Virus record (IMG/VR): IMGVR_UViG_3300046171_000185
Coordinates: 2,998 to 66,997 of that record
Source: a virus
DNA length: 64,000 nt
Reading direction: 5' to 3' (one strand)
Shown: piece by piece, positions 25,371 to 35,337 of the stretch
Position numbering within the stretch: position 1 is the first letter of the stretch
Layout: every line of letters starts with the position of its first letter
Program-made: the position numbers and the translations under genes
Notes under the pieces: model-generated
What the model was told of the DNA's origin: nothing
The model's database searches: none
What the model saw: the letters and a program-made list of their open reading frames with translations, nothing else

Positions 25371-27931
25371 TGTTAAATCCGTTTTTTACTCAAGGCACTT
25401 CTTCTGAACAAAATCTTGTTCAGGATCTGATCAACGAACAGTTGAGGATGTATGGTGTTGACATATATTACATCCCAAGAAAATACATGACAGAAAAAAC
25501 TGTCATTAGAGAAGTTGTTCAATCTAAATTTGATGAAGCTCTACCTATAGAAGCATATGTAGATAATTACGATGCATATTCTGGAGCAGGAGATGTATTA
25601 TCTAAGTTTGGTATTGAGTCAAAAGATGAAGTACGATTAATTATATCGAGAGAAAGATATGAAAACTATATTACTCCATTAATTCAAGGAAAATCAAATA
25701 TAAAACTTTCAACTCGACCTAAGGGTGGAGACTTAATTTGGTTTCCTTTAGATGACCGTCTTTATGAAATTAAAGATATTGAGTATGCAAAACCATACTA
25801 TCAATTGCAAAGTCTTTATGTATATGAATTATATTGCGAACTCTTTAGATATCAAGATGAGGTCATTGCAACAGGAGTCGAAGATATTGATAATGAATTA
25901 CTAGGTGACGAGTCTGATGGTCTTACCGATGATGGCATTAGTACTATTCAGGGTGTCACTCAAACACTTACCATGGTTGGAGATGCAGTGAGTGCATCTG
26001 CAGTTTCTGGAATTGTACTTGGTGGTGTAAGAAAGTTCACTGTCACTAATAGAGGCGGTGGATATGGAATGATTCCTACTGTTAGCGTATCTTCCGCACC
26101 ATCAGGAGGAATAACAGCAGTTGGTATTGCATCAATGATTGGTGGAATAAATGTTTGTAATCTTAATGCAAATCCAAGACTTCAATCAGTTCAGAGAGTT
26201 GATCTTGTAAACGCTGGAGCAGGGTATACAAATGCACCATCAGTAACCTTCAGAACAACTGATGGAACTGGCACTGGTGCTGCTGCAACTGCGACTCTTA
26301 CTGAAATAGGTGGTGTTGGCATAGTAACACTATCAAATGCTGGTGGAGGATTTGTTACACCGCCAACGGTAACATTCTCAAATCCAAAGCATGTTGGAGC
26401 AGCAGCGACTGCAACTTTAGATTTCCCAGTAGTTGGTGGAGGTGTAAGTGTAACTTCTGCAACTATTAGTGTTGGTGCAACTGCATACTTGTTCCCTGGT
26501 GGAACAACTGGTGGCGTATTCTATAAGGAAGCACCAGCAGTTACCTTCTCCTTACCAACAGGAACTGGAAACGAGGCACAAGCAACAGCAACTCTCGATA
26601 ATATCAACCTAACTGGGGGAACAATAGAAACACTTGGATTAACCACTGAAGGTAAATTCTATACCAGTGTCCCAACAGTAACAATCCCACATCCAGGAAC
26701 AAGTTTTGCAGCTGCAACAATAGGTATTGCTGGTTCATCTGTAAATCCAAGTTCTGTCGCATTTAGTACTACTGGTAGAGCATATACTACTGCACCTACT
26801 GTTGCAATCTCTACATCTGGAGTAATGGATGCACCAACTCAAGTTGCTGTTGGTATTGCGACAATTCATCCAATAACTGGTATTATTACGGCAGTATCCT
26901 TCAATACCTCCGATTCTTGGGCAACAGGAACAGGGGCGACAATTGGTGCTGGATATACAGTGGCACCTAGTATTTCTTTCTCTGGAAGTCCATCACCAGT
27001 ACAAGCAACTGCTAGCGTTACTGTGTCCATTGCAGGCACTGTAAGCACCATTAGTATTGGTAATAGTGGATTTGGTTATATCTCTGTTCCAACTGTTTCT
27101 ATTGCATCTCCTGGAGGAGCAAATGAAGCGTTTAGAGCACTTGGTATTGCAACAATTAGATTTAATTCCGTTCAAACTCAAGGAACGATTGGTATAGGAT
27201 CTACAACTATTACAGGTATTACTACAACAAATATTCTTGTTGGAGATAGAGTAAGACTTGGTGTTGGATATAGCGATCTGTACAACTTTATACCAACAGA
27301 TACATTTGTCACATCTATTGGATCAAGCACTGTTTCTATAAATCAAGATCCAACGAATGTAGGAATTGCAACATCAGTATTTGAGTTTGGTATTGATAAG
27401 TGTGGTATTGTTACTGGTATTGCAGTCACCTTTGGTGGTGGCGGATACTTAACACCTCCTGTAGTTTCTATATCTAACACTGTGGGAGATAAGAACTATG
27501 TCGATCAAGTTGTTGGTGTCGCAAGTGCTACAGCACTATCTGTTATTAGTGCAGCAGGTACAATTACAAGTATCAACATTACCGATAGTGGAAACAAATA
27601 CATACTTCCACCAGATATCACTATTTCGGAACCATCTTCGACTTCCAGTGGAGACTTTGAATTTAATGAAATCATTACTGGATCTACAACTGGAGTAACT
27701 GCAAGAGTAAGATCATGGAACTCCACAACTAATGTACTTGAAATTTCTTCCGTCTCTGGTTCATTCTCGCTAGGAGAGACTCTTACTGGATCAACTTCAG
27801 GTGCAACCAGAGTTCTGAGATTGATCGATAAGACTGTTAATAATGACCCATATGCAGATAACTTTGATATAGAAACTGAAGCAGATGCTATTCTTGACTT
27901 CACTGAGCAGAACCCATTTGGGATGCCCTAA
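25370..27931 (+). CDS. gp14: Neck protein gp14 with a large internal repeat expansion
   Basis: MLNPFF...EQNLVQDLINEQLRMYGVDIYYIPR, SKFGIE, RPKGGDLIWFPL and C-terminal ILDFTEQNPFG. About 10 internal GxGY..P.V.[FI]S repeats. Confidence 0.88.
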   Translation: MLNPFFTQGTSSEQNLVQDLINEQLRMYGVDIYYIPRKYMTEKTVIREVVQSKFDEALPIEAYVDNYDAYSGAGDVLSKFGIESKDEVRLIISRERYENYITPLIQGKSNIKLSTRPKGGDLIWFPLDDRLYEIKDIEYAKPYYQLQSLYVYELYCELFRYQDEVIATGVEDIDNELLGDESDGLTDDGISTIQGVTQTLTMVGDAVSASAVSGIVLGGVRKFTVTNRGGGYGMIPTVSVSSAPSGGITAVGIASMIGGINVCNLNANPRLQSVQRVDLVNAGAGYTNAPSVTFRTTDGTGTGAAATATLTEIGGVGIVTLSNAGGGFVTPPTVTFSNPKHVGAAATATLDFPVVGGGVSVTSATISVGATAYLFPGGTTGGVFYKEAPAVTFSLPTGTGNEAQATATLDNINLTGGTIETLGLTTEGKFYTSVPTVTIPHPGTSFAAATIGIAGSSVNPSSVAFSTTGRAYTTAPTVAISTSGVMDAPTQVAVGIATIHPITGIITAVSFNTSDSWATGTGATIGAGYTVAPSISFSGSPSPVQATASVTVSIAGTVSTISIGNSGFGYISVPTVSIASPGGANEAFRALGIATIRFNSVQTQGTIGIGSTTITGITTTNILVGDRVRLGVGYSDLYNFIPTDTFVTSIGSSTVSINQDPTNVGIATSVFEFGIDKCGIVTGIAVTFGGGGYLTPPVVSISNTVGDKNYVDQVVGVASATALSVISAAGTITSINITDSGNKYILPPDITISEPSSTSSGDFEFNEIITGSTTGVTARVRSWNSTTNVLEISSVSGSFSLGETLTGSTSGATRVLRLIDKTVNNDPYADNFDIETEADAILDFTEQNPFGMP

Positions 27932-27969
27932 ATAATTTTATTGCTGATCAGTAAACTAAGGTTTAAATC

Positions 27970-28989
27970 ATGTTTGAATACTTTTACAACGAGATTCTGA
28001 GGAGAACCATTATTGGTTTTGGAACTCTATTTAATTCAATGGAGATTCAGCAGGAAGGTTCTGTTGTAAGAGTTCCTTTGGCATATGGACCTACCCAAAA
28101 ATTCTTAGCAAGAATTGAGCAATCTCCAGATCTCAACAAACCAATGGCAATTACATTGCCAAGGATGTCTTTTGAATTTACTGGATTAACTTATGACCCA
28201 AGTAGGAAAGTAACTACAACTCAGACATTTATAGCAAAAGACAAAGATGATGGAACTGAGACTCGTAAGTCATATATGCCAGTTCCATATAATATGCAAT
28301 TCGAATTAAGCATCTTTACTAAGTTAAATGATGATGCTCTTCAACTTGTAGAACAAATTTTACCATATTTTCAACCAGCATATAATCTTTCTATTGAACT
28401 AGTTGATCAAATAAGAGAAAAAAGAGATATACCCATTGTACTAGAAAGTGTTACAATGCAAGATGATTATGAAGGTGATTTTACTACAAGAAGAGCTTTA
28501 TATTATACTTTAAGATTTACTGCAAAGACATATCTATTTGGACCTACTTCTACAGCTTCTAAAGATATTATCAAGAGAGCAACTGTCAGTTACCTTTCAG
28601 GTTCGGATACAACAAATTCAAGAAGGGAACTTACTTATTCTGCAACTGCAAGAGCACTTAAGTCCTATACTGATAATGTTGTTACTACATTAGCACAAGA
28701 TATTACGGCAACGACAAAAACATTTGAAGTTGCCGATGCTGCTGGAATCAAAACCGACAAATATATCTTTATTGGAGATGAAGAATTATTTGTAAGATCT
28801 AAAACTGGTAATAAAATTACCGTTGATAGGGGAAGAGATAATACAAAAGCAGAAAAACATGTATCTGGAGCAGATGTTAAGGGTATTGATTATACGACAA
28901 CAACCCTACCAAGTATTGGAACTATTGGTGCAGATAGTGCTCTAATTGAAGAAGGTGATGATTTTGGATTTGATGGTGGATTTGTATGA
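27970..28989 (+). CDS. gp15: Tail sheath stabilizer / completion protein gp15
   Basis: MFEYFYNEILRRTIIGFGTLFN, VPLAYGPTQKFLARI, LPRMSFE and QLVEQILPYFQP. Confidence 0.93.
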   Translation: MFEYFYNEILRRTIIGFGTLFNSMEIQQEGSVVRVPLAYGPTQKFLARIEQSPDLNKPMAITLPRMSFEFTGLTYDPSRKVTTTQTFIAKDKDDGTETRKSYMPVPYNMQFELSIFTKLNDDALQLVEQILPYFQPAYNLSIELVDQIREKRDIPIVLESVTMQDDYEGDFTTRRALYYTLRFTAKTYLFGPTSTASKDIIKRATVSYLSGSDTTNSRRELTYSATARALKSYTDNVVTTLAQDITATTKTFEVADAAGIKTDKYIFIGDEELFVRSKTGNKITVDRGRDNTKAEKHVSGADVKGIDYTTTTLPSIGTIGADSALIEEGDDFGFDGGFV

Positions 28990-29414
28990 AGTCCGCTAGT
29001 AAATTTGAAGATTTAAACGATACGTTTAATGTAGTTGATGATGTTGTTGAAACGGAAGTTGTTAAGCAATCACCAAAAGAAGTAGTAAAACCAACTATTG
29101 ATGATGTCAAAAAAGACTATGACTATACAAGAGGAAACTTGTATTCTATTATTGAAAAGGGGCAAGAGGCACTCAATGGTGTTTTAGAACTTGCACAGGA
29201 AAGTGAGATGCCAAGAGCATATGAAGTTGCAGGACAATTAATTAAGAACGTTGCGGATGCAACTGATAAATTATTAGATCTTCAGAAAAAACTGAAAGAT
29301 GTTGAGGAAGAAAAACAAAAAGGACCATCTACAGTCAATAATGCACTTTTTGTTGGTTCAACTGCGGACTTAGCAAAAATGCTCAAGAGCGGATTAAAAG
29401 AGGACAATAAATAA
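28986..29414 (+). CDS. gp16: Terminase small subunit gp16
   Basis: DYDYTRGNLYSIIEKGQEAL...PRAYEVAGQLIK...NNALFVGSTADL. Confidence 0.92.
   Translation: MKSASKFEDLNDTFNVVDDVVETEVVKQSPKEVVKPTIDDVKKDYDYTRGNLYSIIEKGQEALNGVLELAQESEMPRAYEVAGQLIKNVADATDKLLDLQKKLKDVEEEKQKGPSTVNNALFVGSTADLAKMLKSGLKEDNK
29406..29413 (+). promoter_or_regulatory. Late promoter (AATAAATA) at the gp16 3' end
   Basis: NATAAATA consensus overlapping the gp16 stop, upstream of the 29439 gene. Confidence 0.6.
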
Positions 29415-29438
29415 TAAAATACAGGAGATATATTAAAA

Positions 29439-31788
29439 GTGGCATTAAAGAAGCCTTCAGATTTTTTTGGAAATAATAAAAAGACTCCTCTTGATGAAGT
29501 AAAAGAGGAGTATAGTGCTGCGTCTCCAGAAAAAATTGAACAGGTTTCAGAAGCATTTAATACTTTTAAATCTAATCTAAACCATATTCAATCATTATCT
29601 GATTTTACTTCTACCTTTGATAGTTTTAAAGAAAACTTAGAGAAAGTAGAAAACGTATCCAGTGAAATTATCACCATTAAAGGTGAAATAAGGAATTTAA
29701 TCAAACAAGAAGATTTGGATAGTGCCATGATGGCACAACTTCTTTTTGTAGAAGAATCAATATCAAAGATTGAATCTAAGATCTCCTCTATCAACGGCGA
29801 AACAGTTGATCAGATCAAAAAAGATTTCAAAGGTCTGTCAACTTCTGTTGAAGGATTTCTTAGTATTGATGTACCAAAGTACAAGAAACTAATCTCAGAG
29901 TCTGAGGTTAGAACTGATGATAGATTTGGACAGTTTAAAGAAAAGGTAGAAGAAAATTTAGATACTATTAGAGCAGATGTAAACCAAGAAGTTACAACTG
30001 CGTTATCGGAGGTTGAGTCTCTTAATCAAAATACAATCAACACTGTCAGGGAGGAGTTTAAAGAAACCGCCAAAGACCTCAACAAAAATGTAAACAATTT
30101 AGTAGAAACTGAGTTTCCAAAATATAAAAAGTTTTTTACTGAAACAGAGTTAAAAACTGAAAAAACAATCAAGAACGCAATAGATTCTTACAAAAGAACT
30201 ATTGAAAGTCTTAATGCAAAAGTAAAGGTATTTACAGAAACTGAGATACCCAAGTATAACAATCTTTTAATTGAAACTAAACTCAAATCTGAAGAAGAAG
30301 TAAAGCAACTGGAAGAGGAAGTTCTTTCAAAAGTAAATTCTCTTTCGGAAAAAGTTGATTTTATTTCCGGCGATGTAACTGAGAAGACTGCTGAAAAGAT
30401 AGAAGAACTTCAGACAGTAATTGATGAATATAAGGAAGAAATTGATTCTATTTCTAAAACATATCAAAATCTCTATAAAGATTTTAAAAAGAGAGAGATT
30501 AGTGAAAATGAAAAACTAGAGAGTTATTCAAAAGACATTGAAAAGTATTACAAGAGATTTAATTTCTTAGAAGAGACTGTTCATGAAGATCTGAGAGAAA
30601 TTCAAAGTGATTTAGTTACATCAAACGAAAATTATCACGCAAGTCTTAGAACTGAAGTACGTAAGTTTAGAGACAAAATTTCTGACCAGATGAAAGGTCT
30701 TGAGGTAGATCTTGTTGTCAATGAAAAGCATGTTAATAAACAGAATGAAACTATTGAGAATATTCGAGAAGAAATAAAGGACGTTTTTGATAAACTTCAG
30801 TTAGATGAATTAGAGAAAAAAAATAAAGAATTAGTTGATAAAATAAACCTTATTGAAGAAAAGATAACAGACTTCAATGAGAAAAAACTTTTAAAAGAGG
30901 ACAATCCAACCCTACCAGGAGATCCGTCTACAAATAATTCGGGAGATCCATTAACTCCCCTAAATCAAAAGTTCGCGACACTTGATGATCTTCAAAATCA
31001 TTACAGAACATTCATTAATAGAATTCAACAACAAATTGCTACCATTGGTGGCGGTGGTGCTGGGTTTATTAAAGATCTTAGACGATGTAACATTTGATCA
31101 GACTACAGGTCAAGGTAAACTCCTCATTTACAATGGTTCTAAATGGGTAGGTATTGCCAGTACAGCAGTCGGTGGTGGCGCTGCATCCGAATTAGCAGAA
31201 GATGCGACAGGAACTAATTTAACATTAAGTGGCAACTTAAATGTCACTGGTGATATTGTATATGATGAAGCAAATGCTAGAAATTGGAATGTAAGTGGAG
31301 TAGCAACTGCAACCAAATTACATGTTGGTGTTGATACTGGTTTTTATAATGAAGATCTAGTTGTAAATGGTGATGCCAGAGTAACTGGAATTCTTACTGT
31401 TGGAGAAGGATCAATTACTCTTGATCCAAATGCCAAAAAGATTTCTGGTGTAGATGAGATAATCATTGGAACTGCAACAACCGTAAGAATTCATCAGGAT
31501 ACTTCAGGAGAGGTTGTATTTAGTGATAGAGATGGTAAACAATCATCTGTTGGAATTGGTACAACAGTTTCTATCAATACAACTGGTATTGTTACTGCTG
31601 CTACTTTAAAAGCAACAACTGCTTTCTATCCACCAATTTATACAACAACACAAAGAGATGCTGGTTCATTTGATGAGGGTGCGATAATTTTTAATACCAC
31701 ATCTAAGAAAATGGAGTTCTATGATGGAACTAATTGGCAGTCACTGCCTGGAATGACACTTGGTCTTACTGTGGCACTTGATGGTTGA
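29439..31788 (+). CDS. ~780-aa protein with a long acidic coiled coil and a C-terminal fibre-like beta domain (frameshift near 31080)
   Basis: Removing one A in aaagatcttAgacgat joins 29439-31097 to 30982-31788 (…GGGGAGFIKDL-DDVTF…). The N-terminal ~490 aa is E/K-rich and heptad-like. The C-terminus has GAIIFNTTSKKMEFYDGTNW. Confidence 0.7.
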
Positions 31789-31794
31789 TAAATA
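31787..31794 (+). promoter_or_regulatory. Late promoter (GATAAATA)
   Basis: NATAAATA consensus about 24 nt upstream of ATG 31818. Confidence 0.6.
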
Positions 31795-31817
31795 ATAACG
31801 AGTAATTACTCTTTTGA

Positions 31818-33375
31818 ATGGCTAAGAACGGTAAATGTAAAGCAGGACATTATTACTGCTATACTGACAAAAAATGTAAACCTATTCCTAAAGGGTTTAA
31901 GATGGTCGGTCGTGCCGGATATCTTCGTAAGGAGAATGGTCATTCTGTGGACGATGATGAGAATAAGAATGGAAATGGAAATGGTTCCAATGGTAATGGT
32001 TCCAATGGAAATGGAAATGGTGGGGGAGTAAGTGAATCGAAAAGTGGTGATTCTTCTCTGCGTGACTGGTTTGGCAAGAGTAAGTCTAGTGATGGCAAGC
32101 CTGGTTGGGTTCAACTGGGTGGGAAATACGCTGGAAAACCTTGCGCCAAGCAACCAGGACAAACCACAAAACCAAAGTGTGGTTCTAGTAAAATGAAACG
32201 CAATCTCTCTAAAGATGAGGAGCAAGCAGCGTTTCGTAGAAAGAATGCAAAAGATCCAAATCCAAATAGATCAGGGAAGGCAATTAACGTGAAGACAGAA
32301 GAAACCATTCTCGAAAAGGATATGCTTGATAAGCAAGGTAATGATAAGTTTGATCGTTATAAGCGCATGATTCGCCATAAGCAGGATAAGCATGGTCGTG
32401 CTTCTGTAATGGATAAGATTAAAACTGGTAAAGATTATGGAAGAAACCGTAATCGAAAAAGCAGGTGAGAAAGATGCTTGCTATCATAAGGTTAAGTCTC
32501 GTTACTCTGTATGGCCATCTGCATATGCATCAGGTGCTTTAGTTAAGTGTCGTAAAAAAGGTGCTGCTAATTGGGGCAATAAAACTAAAAAAGAAGAATT
32601 CTCTAATTGGAGAGATGATTTTAAAGCCACTGAATATGAATTTACAGATTTAATTACACCAGAACCTTTACAACCAACTGAGGGAATTGGAAGTAAGATG
32701 CTTGATGAAAAGTGTTGGAAAGGATATACCAAAAAAGGTATGAAGACTATGTTTGGAAAGAGATATCCAAACTGCGTCAAAAAAGAAGAAGAAGAACTCA
32801 ATCTAGTATCAAAAACTCCTTTAGATGAAAAGGAAGGATGTATGCATAACCATAAAGGGGAAGAGTGTCCCGTTCATGGTGCTAAAGAATGTCCAGCACT
32901 TGAGAAAGTGGATGAGGCAGTACAAGTTCCCAGAAAAACTGGAAACATGATAATGGTTTACCTCTCGTTTAGAGGTAAAATGTATAGTATTAAAATGTTC
33001 TTCCCTTCGGTAAGAATTCCAAGTAGATCTGATATCCAGGGTCAAATTGAAAAAGTTTATCCTGGTGGCAAAGTAAGATCTTACCAGGTTTCAGACTATG
33101 AACCAGGAGAACCAGTATTTCATTCAGAGGGTGCTGCATGGACTAAGAAGTCTGGTAAGAATAGTGAAGGTGGTCTCAATGAAAAGGGACGCAAGTCTTA
33201 TGAAGCAGAGAATCCTGGTTCTGACCTGAAAGCGCCATCTAAAAAGAAAGGTAACAAAAGAAGAGCATCATTCTGTGCAAGAATGAAAGGTATGAAGAAA
33301 AAACTGACTTCTGCTAAAACTGCAAGAGATCCTGACAGCAGAATTAATAAATCACTTAGAGCTTGGAACTGTTGA
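31818..33375 (+). CDS. Multi-module basic Cys-containing protein (probably one ~518-aa gene, frameshift near 32440)
   Basis: Removing one G in gattatGgaagaa gives KDYEETVIEK and joins the two ORFs. Lys/Arg-rich modules are separated by acidic linkers. Confidence 0.7.
31966..32025 (+). repeat. Gly-Asn low-complexity coding repeat (aatgga/aatggt units)
   Basis: Encodes KNGNGNGSNGNGSNGNGNGG. Confidence 0.85.
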
Positions 33376-33381
33376 TAAATT

Positions 33382-35037
33382 ATGCCTGATAATGTATACC
33401 TTGGTAATCCTAATCTAAAAAAAGCAAACACCGCAATTGAGTTTACTCAAGAACAAATTCTTGAGTTTATGCGGTGTAAAGAAGACCCCGTATATTTTGC
33501 TAACAAATATATAAAAATTGTCTCTTTGGATGAGGGTCTTACTCAGTTTCATCCGTATCACTTCCAAGAAAAATTAATCAATAATTTCCATGAAAATAGA
33601 TTTAACATCTGTAAAATGCCCCGTCAAACTGGCAAAAGTACTACAGTTGTGTCTTATCTTCTTCATTATGCGGTATTCAATGACTCTGTTAACATTGGCA
33701 TCCTTGCTAACAAAGCAGCGACTGCTAGAGAACTTTTAGGAAGGTTACAGACTGCATATGAGAACTTGCCCAAATGGATGCAGCAGGGTATTATTGCATG
33801 GAACAAAGGATCTCTGGAGTTAGAGAATGGCAGTAAGATATTGGCAGCTTCTACGTCTGCAAGTGCTGTCCGAGGCATGTCTTTCAATATCCTCTTCCTC
33901 GACGAATTTGCATTCGTTCCAAACCATGTTGCAGACTCGTTCTTTGCATCTGTTTATCCTACTATTACTTCTGGTAAAAACACCAAAGTAATTATTGTAT
34001 CTACCCCACACGGTATGAATCATTTCTACCGCATGTGGCATGATGCGGAGAAAGGTAAAAATGAATATATTCCAACAGATGTTCACTGGTCTGAAGTTCC
34101 TGGTAGAGATGAAAAGTGGAGAGAGACTACAATTGCAAACACTTCAGAAGCACAATTTAAAGTTGAGTTTGAGTGTGAATTTTTAGGATCGGTCAATACA
34201 CTGATTGCTCCAAGTAAATTAAGAACTTTAATTTATGATAACCCAATACAAAGAAATGCTGGATTAGATGTATATGAAAATCCAGTAGAGAATCATGACT
34301 ATGTAATGACAGTTGACGTTGCTAGAGGAGTTGGAGAAGACTACTCGGCATTCATAGTTGTAGATATTACAGAGTTTCCTCATAAAATAGTATCAAAATA
34401 TAGAAACAATGATATCAAACCGATGTTGTTTCCAAATATAATTTACGAAATAGCAAGGAATTATAATAGTGCATATATTCTTTGTGAAGTAAATGATATT
34501 GGAGATCAAGTTGCAAGCATTCTTCAATATGATTTAGAATATCAAAACCTTCTTATGTGCTCTATGAGAGGTAGAGCAGGTCAAATTGTAGGTCAAGGAT
34601 TTTCTGGTAAGAAAACTCAATTGGGAGTTAAGATGTCCAAAACTGTAAAAAAAGTTGGATCACTTAATCTTAAAACTCTTATAGAAGAAGATAAAGTTAT
34701 CTTCAATGATTATGAAATTATCTCTGAGTTGACAACATTTATCTCAAAGCATAATTCATTTGAGGCTGAAGAAGGATGTAATGACGACCTGGCAATGTGT
34801 CTTGTCATATATGCATGGTTAGTCCAGATGGACTATTTCAAAGAATTGACAGACCAGGATGTTAGGAAAAGATTATATGAGGAACAAAAAAATCAAATTG
34901 AACAGGATATGGCACCATTTGGATTTTTGAATGATGGATTAGATGAAGATAGTTTTGTTGATGCCCAAGGCGATCGTTGGTCTAATGCTTCGATTGGCGA
35001 ATATGGAGATATGTCTCATATGTGGAATTATAGGTAA
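33382..35037 (+). CDS. gp17: Terminase large subunit gp17
   Basis: YLGNPNLKKAN, Walker A PRQTGKSTT, Walker B ILFLDEFAF, VSTPHG, nuclease motifs VDVARG and DDLAMC. Confidence 0.97.
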   Translation: MPDNVYLGNPNLKKANTAIEFTQEQILEFMRCKEDPVYFANKYIKIVSLDEGLTQFHPYHFQEKLINNFHENRFNICKMPRQTGKSTTVVSYLLHYAVFNDSVNIGILANKAATARELLGRLQTAYENLPKWMQQGIIAWNKGSLELENGSKILAASTSASAVRGMSFNILFLDEFAFVPNHVADSFFASVYPTITSGKNTKVIIVSTPHGMNHFYRMWHDAEKGKNEYIPTDVHWSEVPGRDEKWRETTIANTSEAQFKVEFECEFLGSVNTLIAPSKLRTLIYDNPIQRNAGLDVYENPVENHDYVMTVDVARGVGEDYSAFIVVDITEFPHKIVSKYRNNDIKPMLFPNIIYEIARNYNSAYILCEVNDIGDQVASILQYDLEYQNLLMCSMRGRAGQIVGQGFSGKKTQLGVKMSKTVKKVGSLNLKTLIEEDKVIFNDYEIISELTTFISKHNSFEAEEGCNDDLAMCLVIYAWLVQMDYFKELTDQDVRKRLYEEQKNQIEQDMAPFGFLNDGLDEDSFVDAQGDRWSNASIGEYGDMSHMWNYR

Positions 35038-35258
35038 TGGATTTAGATGGTCAAATAAAACTTGGTCACCTTTTACTGCAAGATAGAAAATGTAGAACTT
35101 GTGGTATTGATAAAAATCTAATTGATGGATTTTATAGAACAAGAAAAGATAGAGGTGCAGTTGCATCTTCATATTCATATGAATGTAAAGATTGTACGAT
35201 AGAAAGAATACTTAAAAATAAAAAATGTAAAAATGATTGGACATACCCAGATTGGTAA
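35037..35258 (+). CDS. Small zinc-finger protein (CxxC...CxxC)
   Basis: RKCRTCGIDK...FYRTRK...YECKDC; start overlaps the gp17 stop. Confidence 0.7.
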   Translation: MDLDGQIKLGHLLLQDRKCRTCGIDKNLIDGFYRTRKDRGAVASSYSYECKDCTIERILKNKKCKNDWTYPDW

Positions 35259-35294
35259 TTCACGTCGCGTTTCCCCTGTGAAAAGTCAGTTATT

Positions 35295-35302
35295 AATAAA
35301 TA
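35295..35302 (+). promoter_or_regulatory. Late promoter (AATAAATA) for gp18
   Basis: Consensus match followed by a GGAG Shine-Dalgarno and ATG 35338. Confidence 0.75.
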
Positions 35303-35337
35303 TTTGAAGATAAACTGAGACCACGGAGAATCAAAAC

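Noticed and set aside
35259-35285. GTTTCCCC resembling a CRISPR repeat
   Set aside because: It is a single copy with no spacer-repeat periodicity and no cas genes.
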